From: Choristocarpus tenellus KU-1152
Taxonomy: Eukaryota > Protista > Phaeophyceae
Direction: 5' to 3'
Assembly (NCBI GenBank): GCA_964200185.2
Contig: CAXNAD020000014.1
Span: 1 to 48,209 of the forward strand
DNA length: 48,209 bases
Shown here: positions 38,901 through 48,209 of the stretch, in pieces
Layout of the letters: the number at the start of each line of letters is the position of its first letter
How positions within the stretch are numbered: the first letter of the stretch is position 1
Program-made: the position numbers and the translations under genes
Notes under the pieces: generated by a model
The model's database searches: none
What the model saw: only the letters and a program-made list of their open reading frames with translations
What the model was told of the DNA's origin: nothing

Positions 38901-41900
38901 AGGTGCTCAACTTTTCTATCCTTGCATTGGCTTCAGGATAGACTTAAATGTGTACTCACTATTCAGTGGGCCAAATTTTCCCAAGAGACGAATTGTAGGT
39001 GCAATGATTGGAATGTTCTAGGATTGAAGAGGTAGGCTTCAGAGTTTGGTGGTAGAGGATTGAGGGTGGCAATGGATTGACTACCTTTGTGCCTTTTGTC
39101 ACATCTCCTTCTACTGAAAGAGTCGCTTGTGTTGTAGGTTCACTTTTTGCGCTTACACTCTTGAGATGACTTCTGTGCAATACGATTTGCCTGCCTGCTT
39201 GTCCTCAACCGTACCTATGCATCATTTTGTTTTCCTCCAATACTGGTAGACTGCTACCATTCCTTATACCCTCACTCCAATTCCAAGAACTGACCCCCCT
39301 CCCCACCAAGGATATTAATCTGAGTACCAGAAGTCGTTCTAAAATCACCATAGAGTATGATCCCTTGACTACATACATACATATTAATGTATATATCAGG
39401 CCAAATAAAATACTCAAGTCAGTAACCCTAAACCTTAATCTGATCAGGCAGAAGAGGAGGCGTGGGCACAGCTTGATAAGAATGATCCCTGTCCAGAATC
39501 GGATGCAGCCTCTGATCAGGCAAACACTCCAGTTTTCCAAGACGTTGTTGGTGATAGGGCTAGCTTGAACAAAAGCCAGCTCAAAGGCAACATGGATTTG
39601 ACCCCAAACGATACACTTGAGAGCCCTCAATTTTCTGGCAATGGTGGCGTGACTAATGGATCTCACCTTACTTGTGAGATCCATTCGCAGCATGGTGATT
39701 CTCTAGGGTTCGGATATGACAATGGAGGAATGGATGAAGGCAACGCTGGGGGGCTTGGCAGGGATGAGGTGCGAGATGACGACAGGATGACACACTCTGA
39801 GTTGGAGATGGACATCCCAGCAAGGTTTCCCTTGGGTGATGAGGTAGAAAGAAGGAGCACCAGTAGGCGGGCCAATTTGAAGGGGTTCCGGGGTGGGGGC
39901 CAAGAGAATATTGTGGGGAAGACCAATGCTACAGAGAGCAGCCAAGGTGTGGTATCTTATTATTGTGGCATCTTATTGTTGTGTTTGGTTTATGCTCAAA
40001 TGCAACACACATACACTTCTTTTGCACCCTATGGTTGTACTGATACTGTATGATACGATAATTCAATGATCCCAAGTGCGGATATTCCAAATTCTAAATA
40101 GGTAAATTTAAGGAGGGTTTGCTTGATGTTCAGCCCCTGTTTCATTTCGTGTGGGTCTCCTTGCACGTTGCATTGCTTTTTCCAAGTCTTCTTTTTCATT
40201 CGAGTACAAGAACTATAGCTGTTCTTGGTCAAAATTCTGAAGTATATCACTTCGAATTTAGTTCAGTTTCTCTCAACACCGTGTTTTACATGTTAGCTCC
40301 AGAACTTCTCTGCGTGTATGTGAAGTGTGTGCTCTATGAACAATTTTGCGATTAGAATTCTCAGCCATCATATGCTCTCCTTTTTTCTAAATTGGTGATG
40401 AGAACTACCTTCCCCTCCCTTCCTTCCTGTTGTGCGATCAAGTAGATGCCAGCGACTTGGTGTTGGAGCTGGGTTCTACTTGGTATCACGACACTGATGA
40501 GGAGGACTATCTGGTGCGTGGTGTACACGTTCTGTCTGTTTGAGTTATGCTAGGGTTAGGGCTAGGGACGGGGTTGGGGTTTTTGTTATGCTGTAGTGCT
40601 CTTTCACATTCCATTGTGGATTGATGGTTAGGTTTGGAGTATTCATGGGTGCAGTACAGTAGAGATCTAATCATACCAGATTTGCTTTGTAGTCATGAAG
40701 GTTTTAGTTGTCTCAATCATGTAATATGGATATCATGGATGGGTTAGGGGAGAGGATGATGAGAATCCCCACAAATGTACAATAGGGTTCCTTGTCAATG
40801 TTTCAGCACAACACAGAAAATGCAGCTGGGGCAACTTTCTTACTGAGCACCACCATATGAATATCCGCCGGGTTTGAGAACTTAAAGAGTGGAGGTTTTG
40901 AAAGAGTTTTGGGATGCCCCCCCCTCCATTAGTGTGAAGGTTAGCGTTAGGGCACAGCATAAACGAAGGTAGTTCATTTTAATCAGAGAAGAAGACAGAG
41001 GATGCTCTGGTGAGAAGCAGGGATCACCTGCACCTCATACACTGTGGAGAGGGCATCATCTGACTGGGGACATTGGGAAGTTTGGAAAAGAGATTTGACA
41101 TGGTCGTTTGGAATGTGTACAAACTATATCAAGGAACTGCAAGAACAGGAAGGGGCATAAAGTGTTACTGGTTAAGCACACTTGGACTTTGGCGATGCGA
41201 TATTGCTGGATTCAAATTGACGAGGTGAAGTAGAATATTTGACCATAAACCGTCCAAATTTCACTGTCTCTATCAGTATGGTGAAGGCAATAATATACTT
41301 CATTCAGTAACTGTCACTGAAGGCTTCAATAGTCTGAACTGGCCAAACATGAAGTGGAGTACTTTAGAGTACTTCGGTGACTGATGATGAAGGTTCATAG
41401 ACTGCTGACACACAGTTCAAATGGCATTTCCTTTGTTGTGGGATATGCCCCAACAGAGGTATCAATTTTCGCTCTCTGGTAGAAGCTGCACACTGTGATG
41501 CAGCCAGCAGATCCGCCCCAAAGACCGTTTTTTTCTTCTGATAGACATGAATGCCTGCACCTGAAGGAGAGGTAAGGGAGGAGGGGATTGGTACACCAGG
41601 ATACCTGAGGCTTTTGTTTGTGATGTCTTAAACAACAAATAGGAGTGCCTGTTAATCGATCTCTTGTTCATTTTTTCCTTCTGTATACCCAAAGCAAAAG
41701 GGTCCCACACATACTCAGGCAACCTGGGGGAGAACTGATGTTTTCCATCAATCAAACAACCGGGGGGGCAACTGGTACATCTGTCTTGATCACTTTTTGA
41801 CACACTAGTTCGACCACCGTCTCGTACTGAACTTGAGGGCACGATCAAGTGCTACCAATGGAAGTCAATCACCATGTTGTCTCCATATTGGTCTGCTTTC

Positions 41901-44900
41901 TTGGTCTAGAATACTGGTGGGAAGATATGTTTTTGCTCCAATGACTGCTATGTCCAGTCTGTCCTTGAGTGCTGAATTGCCGAATTGTGGTAGCACCTGC
42001 AGTTTTGTCAACAGAAGCAGTGACTAGTAAGGACGCAGGAGGTGAAGCGGAAAATGTGAGCACAGCCATTCATTAGAAGCTGCTTTGGAAGTATTGCCAC
42101 CCCTCACACAGATTTTTTTGCTAGGTGGTTGGTTTTCAAGCGATCAAGGTTTCTTGGGGGTTAGGAGGATTGAGAATATGTGTGGCAGTAACAACATATA
42201 GACTCCCAAAACATCATTTCAAAATAGGTGTTCAAGGTGCCTCGCAAATGACTCAAACAGGAGAGGGTGTCTACCTTGTAGGACTTCCTTGGCACCTAAA
42301 TGAGGAAGATGGAAAACTGCATTTACCATGTGGATTATGAGTAGTTTATACCAACACACGGAAGGTGTAGAGAGGATCGGACAGAGAACCTTGCATTACA
42401 TCCTCTACACATCTAGCAGGGTATAGAGAGCAAGGACTCAAGGACCAGTGTGGGTGTAACACTTTGAGGTGTTCCTATATGCCAACAGTCAACCCCAACC
42501 CCAATACTTGTCCAACCATCCGCTTGTGTTACACTCGCTGATGCACCAATGCTAATGGATGTTGCGGAATCAATCCATGCAATAGCAAATTGAAAGGTAG
42601 TGGAACCATTTCCAGCAAGAATCTGAAATTTGACCCCGGCAGGAAAAAGATTATTAACCAGGGTCTTAACAAGGTTTTGTTAGCTGTGTGTCTACAAAAA
42701 GAAAGATTGGACTCTCTGGCAGGTTCACTATGTGAAGCTTTGTCTTGCTATCGCAAATTCCTGTAGTGCTGCATTGAATTCCACAAACTGAAACACACTG
42801 ATGACACACTGATCCTATAAAGATGCCCCTGTGACAACTGGGTGTGACAGTCTTGGGGTGACCGTGCAAAGACAGAGGCTCCTCCCGTTTGCAGGGTCAG
42901 TTGCATGCATGGGGGGAGAACAATTACCTAAAGTGTTAATGCATCGATTGATATTTGGGGAACTTGCAGATAGCAGAAACAAGGTGAACAGGAGAGGTGA
43001 TGGACATTTGCAAGGCGACTTAGAGATGACTTGGACTACACAGTCGAGAGATTGAGTGCAAAGACAGCAAACCTGAAACTGTGGTTCACTTGCTTGGTTG
43101 ATGGAACAATGAATTCTATGGACAAGTTGTATTCCAGCAAAGCGGTGATAGCCTGACTACATCATGCTAGTGCAGAACCTAAGGCAGCCCAAGCAGGATG
43201 AGGGCACATACTTGCTTGTATCTGCCAGCTGATTGAATTTTTTCTCACTAGTGTCTTTCCCGTGGGTTGATTATTCTTCTGTCCCTCTTTTCATTGTGTG
43301 ATACAACGAGTATATAGGAGTGTTGGGATTATACACACCGGGTGTGATGCTGAATTTTCCTCTTCCCCTTGTCCTCATAGGTGTGGATGATGTCAACACA
43401 TTAATGTCGTCCTGTCCCAGCTGTTGGGTGCTAGCGTATACTGTTTTTTTGGGGGGGTTGGCGGCTCTTCTTATCTGCGTCGATTTTTTTTCTTCTCCTT
43501 TTTTATTTTTGATATTCTGAACTTTCTCCGGGTTCTTCCAGAACTAATACTCAAACTACCTCTAGACCACAGGTTCAAGACCCTCAGACTAAGGAGAATA
43601 TAAATAGCGATAGGTGATCTTTTGTTATTACCACCATTTTTTGTGCTGTTGCTTAGTGTTGAATCAATTTTTACCAAATCAAGATTGACTGGCTTCTTAG
43701 CACCCTTGTGCAAGTGTCTGATCGGTTGATGGATTGAATTAACAGTCCCCCCCCCAATTTCAGCGACATGTTCATTCGCCAGGAAAGGAAAAAATGGAGG
43801 GCAAGAATGCCCCTATCTCCTCCCCCCAGTAGCACACTAGTCCAGACTAGTTCTTCCTCTGTTTAGAATTAATGTATCTTAAAACCTTTGCAGCCCCGAT
43901 GAAGAAACAAGAATTTTTTCACTTGTTCACATTTTATGGGTGTATTGTGCAGACACTTAAAATGTTTGCCCACCAAAATTTCATGCAATGGGCAGCCTAC
44001 ACCTGTCTATGATTCTGCCGCCGAAGCCCTCCAAAACTCCATTCCAGCATGGTAGTTCCCTGCATCCACTAGGACATTCAGTGGGATCTTGTCTGCCTTC
44101 TCAGCCTTTTTCTTGCTAGAATGGGGAATTTTGAAGACGTTGTCACCGTTGGACCCCAGCACTTCACCATAAACTACGAAGAGACTCTGCCAGACATGCT
44201 CTAGTGTGTCCTGGGGGTACACATTGAAATCCTCCTGTGGCCTCTACCAACTCCTCTGTGTTGCTCACCCCCATGTCTCTCTTCAGTTGCTGGATGGAAT
44301 GAAGAAATATCTGTTTGTTGACGTTAAGGTCAGGCGAGTTGGCTCCCCTGGGTCTCTATGACTATGCCATCCCCCGCCACATCTCTCGATTGCTTCCATT
44401 ATCCCCCCCTTGGTGTGTGGCTTTGCCCTGTCATGCGGCGTGAAGATGGTGTATCCTTTCAGTCTGGGCATGCAGACCTTGATTGCTGGGATAATATTCT
44501 CGATCATGAGCTTATACCTCTCACCGTCCACCATGGCTGGCACAGGTACCTTAGTCCCCTTGGGACATTGTTTTCTGGAGTGCTGAGTGACCTTAGTGTC
44601 TACAATTGGTCAGCTTCCTAGGGCGGGCCACATCTGCAAGGATGTAAAACCACATCTTGTTTATGTGTACCCAGGCATAATGATCGTCCACTAATACCCC
44701 ACTTCCCCCCCTCCTCTGTGTGTGGATGATGACAAAACCCACTCTGCTAACTTTCTGGTGGTCTGAGAAGACTGGCTTAATCCACCGCTTGACCTTCTTC
44801 ACCTTGTCGCACTCGTACAGATCCCACAACAAAGCAAGGGAGACCCCAGCTTTGGCCGCCCATTTGTGAAAGGATGTGCAGTGTACCTATGGGACATCCC

Positions 44901-47289
44901 AAACGTTGAGGATACTTGTATGTCGATCACATTGCCCCTTGTGACATTGTACAAGGTCCATGCATCATCCCATGCGACCTGCCCGTCATACTCCTTCATG
45001 CGATGGAACACAGTGATTTGCAAAATTCTAACGTCCTCCATGATGGCCACTGCCATCCCCTGAGGCATCCAAGTCTTGCGCCCTCTCACATCCAAGCATT
45101 GCACTACCACGCCGTTCTTCGTCGGGTTGTTTTTAGCCTGGACCCTGGTCAGACTTCTGGACCAAAGAATTGTGACAGATGGTTGGTGATGGGATGAGTG
45201 AGACGCTGGAACGACAGGGGACCTTTGTCCTAGGCATCCCAATAAACACCCATCTTGACAGTTTCACGAGGTTTTTGAACCCTTTGAAATGCGAATTGGT
45301 CTATTTTGGACTGGTGCTCTTCCACTGTCATGGCAGCCCGCCGTCTCAAACTTTTCGTGCCTCCCAATCTATGTGAGAACAAAGAGAGGGTTCATCAAGT
45401 ATGTCGTTCCCAGGCAAGAATGGAGCTCACAAAAGCTATGTTATGTTTAATTCCGAACGGAAGAAGTAGTATGTGAGACAACCATAAAATGGGTGTAGCT
45501 GTGGCTAGAAGTGAAGGTATTTGACAGTTGGAAATGCCATCAGTGCAAAGCATGCTCAAGGGACCTAAGCGTGCACATGTGCAAGGTGAATACGGCTGGC
45601 ATCCATTGCCTGACTACCTTTTTCTTTTTTATGTTATCAATTTCATGGAAGTGTGCTACACACAGTCACAAAATTAGAGGCACAGAAAATCAGCCACGAC
45701 CCAGCTGCCCAGCTACCAACCCAGAGGCAGCATTTTTTTTGAAGTGTACAAGAGTCACCCATCTAGAAGAACACTGCGCAATACAAGAACATGCTTATGC
45801 TTTAGGCCCTACTCCCGTACAAATGCAGCCCCTCGTGTGATTGAAAAAGCTCGTTCATTTCACAGTAGCAATAATCATCCTTCCGTATTTATAGTGCTCT
45901 GGCAAGTTCTTCGAAGAGATTTCCCATCTCCATATGTTGGTTAGAAAAAGAAGCATCGATACCCTCTCCGCAGGAGTTTGTAGTATAAATACTCCTATTA
46001 TTTTTTTATTCTTGTTTTTTCACGTTTGGTGTGCTTTTTGACTCGACAATGGTGAAGAATAGGTTCGTTGAATATGAGCTCCAGAATATGTTACAACGGA
46101 TACTACATCCCTACCCCTGATAGGGTAATATGAAATATTTTGTTCAAGTTGGTTGTGCGGTATTATGCACACACGTAAAAGTTCTGAACTACGCACTTGT
46201 CTGGTTCTGCAAATGCCCCACTTTTTTTGTAACATCTTGTCAGGAGGGAGAAGGCGATGAAGAGGATGACGACGACGATCTCACAGTGGGTAGTAGCAAC
46301 ACGGGACAGGAGTGCTCTGAGTGGCGCTTGCTGAGGTCTGCTTACAACTCTTCAGGACAGACATCAGATTCCTTCCCTCGTCTCACGGAGGGAAGCTCAT
46401 CCTCCTGCTTTGGGGGGGACAGAGACTTTTGTGATTTCTTGGATGAGGGTAAGGCAAACAGGAGGATAAGACTGTCCCTCCATTATGGACAAGAAAACAC
46501 AAGTATTAAGACGGTGCTCTTTTACGAAACGGTATGTCTTTTTTTTTGGTGCGATATTTTTCTTCTTTTTTTTTTATGAACAACGAATCGCCACTTTGAA
46601 CTCATTTACAACACGGTGAAGAAGGTGCCGATAAGTTTTTCTCATGTAATTATCCCTCAACTAAACCTCTTCTGCTGTGAACCCTAACCCTAGTCCTGGG
46701 TCCAATCTTTTTTTTTCTTCTCAACATTACAGTTGTAGTGCAAAACCTTGCAACAACTGTATGACTGGGTAATTTCCGGCATGTTTCTTTTAATTTTTTC
46801 CCTTGAACTATCCCTAACCCTATTACTAATGGACCTTCTTGATCAACGATGCAAGACGCTTGACCTGAACAAAAAAAATTTCTCAGGTGTACTGACCCTG
46901 TCATTGATATTGAGCCTGTCTTACTATTGTGGGGTTGCCCACGGAAATGAATGTTAGGCTTTATCAATCTGGGTTTCCGATGTCATTTGAGCTTTACTGA
47001 GATGAATGACATTACCCCCTTTTTTTGTGGTGTAGGGGGCTTGGTATGAAAACCAAAGTCTTCACCAATAGAGTAGTAAAGAATACACGCTCAGCCAATG
47101 GGATGCCTTACCCCCGGTAACCTCCAAAGTATAGCTTGATGTGGAATTGTGACTGATTTTATCCCTTCGGTCAAGATCAGGTCCATTCCCCTTTGCACAC
47201 CACGAGCTCCAGCGAAAGCTGTCTTCTCCACAACGCAAGCCTCAGAGAAAGATTCTCACACCCCAAGAGGCCAGGCAGAGGCAGGACAG
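32233..47289 (+). CDS. SCAPER: SCAPER-like protein (S phase cyclin A-associated protein in the ER), 10 exons, 3'-incomplete (>1170 aa)
   Basis: Exons 32233-32510, 33027-33200, 33823-33903, 35454-35673, 36477-37922, 38465-38902, 39448-39946, 40443-40513, 46244-46448, 47181-47289, all GT-AG and phase-consistent. Spliced QRLWGYLFRNVNRAVDELYYLCEAEG...DLLDGCGRDFRKLVERI...GLVWEVRK matches the SCAPER N-terminal pattern as I recall it (YWAFLFDNLRRAVDEIY..CE....RDFKALI...LAWEV). HELQRKLSSPQRK matches the HEKLSSPSRK motif before the coiled coil. Confidence 0.85.
32919..32956 (+). repeat. (CA)n microsatellite
   Basis: Direct reading, about 70 nt upstream of the exon 2 acceptor. Confidence 0.95.
33027..33200 (+). 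CDS. SCAPER: SCAPER-like exon 2 (...QRLWGYLFRNVNR)
   Basis: ccag| acceptor and CG|gtgcgc donor. Start of the SCAPER N-terminal motif. Confidence 0.82.
33823..33903 (+). CDS. SCAPER: SCAPER-like exon 3 (AVDELYYLCEAEGSTRHCNEAADLLDG)
   Basis: gcag| and |gtgagt boundaries. Core of the SCAPER N-terminal motif. Confidence 0.9.
35454..35673 (+). CDS. SCAPER: SCAPER-like exon 4 (CGRDFRKLVERI...GLVWE)
   Basis: caag| and |gtgaac boundaries, with RDF and WEV motifs. Confidence 0.88.
35694..35937. mobile_element. MITE family A, copy 2
   Basis: TIRs gagtgaaaatgtcttgagggta / tacactctaagatactttgactc, with flanks TTA/ATA. Confidence 0.8.
36477..37922 (+). CDS. SCAPER: SCAPER-like exon 5, 482-codon low-complexity exon with PAM2-like motifs
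   Basis: Lies inside the 525-aa ORF. aaag|GTG CGC AAA completes WEVRK. |gtgagt donor. Confidence 0.88.
38465..38902 (+). CDS. SCAPER: SCAPER-like exon 6
   Basis: gcag| and CAG|gtgctc boundaries. VDSKWSQRP...IWAEAEAWVEAEAQ. Confidence 0.83.
39448..39946 (+). CDS. SCAPER: SCAPER-like exon 7
   Basis: tcag|AEEEAWAQL continues the EAEAW helix of exon 6. AAG|gtgtgg donor, phase 1. Confidence 0.8.
40443..40513 (+). CDS. SCAPER: SCAPER-like exon 8 (VDASDLVLELGSTWYHDTDEEDYL)
   Basis: caag| and |gtgcgt boundaries. Bridges phase 1 to phase 0. Confidence 0.7.
42790..43180 (+). mobile_element. RTE-type LINE 3' fragment
   Basis: SYKDAPVTTGCDSLGVTVQRQRLLPFAGSVACMGGEQLPKVLMHRLIFGEL resembles the RTE post-RT motif RRL.FAG.V.RM...RLPK...FGEL. 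Confidence 0.75.
43853..45466 (-). mobile_element. Decayed full-length Tc1/mariner element (plant-type DD39D-like) with Stowaway-like TIRs
   Basis: Frameshifted transposase pieces: WIKPVFSDHQKVSRVGFV, WVHINKMWFYI, IIPAIKVCMP...HDRAKPH, ANSPDLNV...HSIQ, YPQDTLEHVWQSLF...GDNVFKIPH. The ends ttcttcctctgtttagaattaa (43851-43872) and the reverse complement tacttcttccgttcggaattaa (45447-45468) match at 17/22. TA on the right flank. Confidence 0.88.
46244..46448 (+). CDS. SCAPER: SCAPER-like exon 9 (EGEGDEEDDDDD...)
   Basis: tgtcag| and G|gtaagg boundaries. Acidic ORF. Confidence 0.8.
47181..47289 (+). CDS. SCAPER: SCAPER-like exon 10 (GPFPFAHHELQRKLSSPQRKPQRKILTPQEARQRQDR)
   Basis: tcag| and AG|gtaggc boundaries, with the conserved KLSSP motif. 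Confidence 0.83.
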
Positions 47290-48121
47290 GTAGGCAATTG
47301 CCCCTTGGTATTTTTTATTGTTGATAATGCTTTCACTTGTGCTTATGTCTACCATAACCTTTAGAAGGAGAGCTGTATTGTCTGATTATTATTACATGTA
47401 TGTGTACAAATTGTTTTGTCTTTGTATTTTCTTTGAAGTACATGATTGTAATTACGGTTATAGGCCATGAGTTCATGACAGTCCTCAGCAATGGGTGCTA
47501 GATGTTCGAACCTAATCATCCCAAGATTACAGTTAAGAACCTCCAGTACTCTACAACGACGATGGCCAAAGATGCCATATTGGTGCTTGTGTTTCAGTTG
47601 TTGGTTTGCCAAGACAACTCTTTGACCACAATGGATTGATTGGAAGGATACAGTACTTCCACACAGTTGAGTTGAAGTTGAAACGGGAGCGTACACAAAT
47701 CGTACATAACTTGTCAACATAACTTGTCAATAGATTCCTGAGTTTGGTCTACAACAACTCGGCATTGCTGATCAGACATATGTGGTGCTTCTTTGGCACC
47801 CTAACAGGCTTCCTCTTCAATTATACCTGCTCCTTAATCCTTGCAGCGGCACAAACAACATTCTCCCCCAGAAATCTTGATCTACCTTCATGTGGAGCTC
47901 TCACTTCCAAGGTGTTGAGAACCAAGCCTTACTTTTTTTACACTTACTGGTTTTTTAATATTGACACATCATACGCATTACGTGGCATGACCTTCATTTA
48001 TGTTTTCAAACTGATCTGAAGTGAAGTTTTTGGCAGGTGTTTTTTTTTTAATGTGAATTATACTCTTTTAGCCTTTGCTATGCAACAAATTTTGTTTCCT
48101 CAGGGGAGGGTCAAAATATCT

Positions 48122-48202
48122 GGGGGGGGGGGGGGGGGGGGGGGGGGGGGTGGGGGGGGGGGGGTGGGGGGGTATTATTTTTTTTTTTTTTTTTTTTTTT
48201 TT
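48122..48202 (+). repeat. Poly-G and poly-T homopolymer runs at the window end
   Basis: Direct reading. Possibly a contig-end or low-quality region. Confidence 0.9.
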
Positions 48203-48209
48203 CATCGGC

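Noticed and set aside
11497-46692. True telomere or telomere-fusion site
   Set aside because: The patches are only 2-4 units, scattered and in both orientations, with no long array.
48122-48202. G-quadruplex or terminator role for the poly-G/poly-T runs
   Set aside because: Long homopolymers at the sequence end are as likely to be assembly or sequencing artefacts.

Overview
Eukaryotic, intron-rich, AT-leaning nuclear DNA. My inference is a stramenopile, probably a brown alga or close relative, based on long GT-AG introns, dispersed TTAGGG-type motifs and the RTE and mariner types present. Two spliced genes lie head-to-head about 410 bp apart, and I assembled both by hand with consistent intron phases. 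(1) A minus-strand EHD/RME-1-type dynamin-like ATPase: 14 exons, about 6053-31820, about 615 aa, with all G-motifs but apparently no EH domain. (2) A plus-strand SCAPER-like gene: 10 exons, 32233 to >47289, running off the window, with the SCAPER N-terminal motif, a long low-complexity region and a tandem PAM2-like motif. Introns and flanks hold decayed transposons: a TIR-bounded mariner, a second mariner fragment, copia and RTE-LINE fragments, and several GAGT...ACTC-ended MITEs. The most unusual signals are telomere-like hexamers that seem polarised along introns, acceptors with poor polypyrimidine tracts, and strong gene-body CpG depletion next to a CpG-richer first exon. I saw no rRNA, intact tRNA or CRISPR array.
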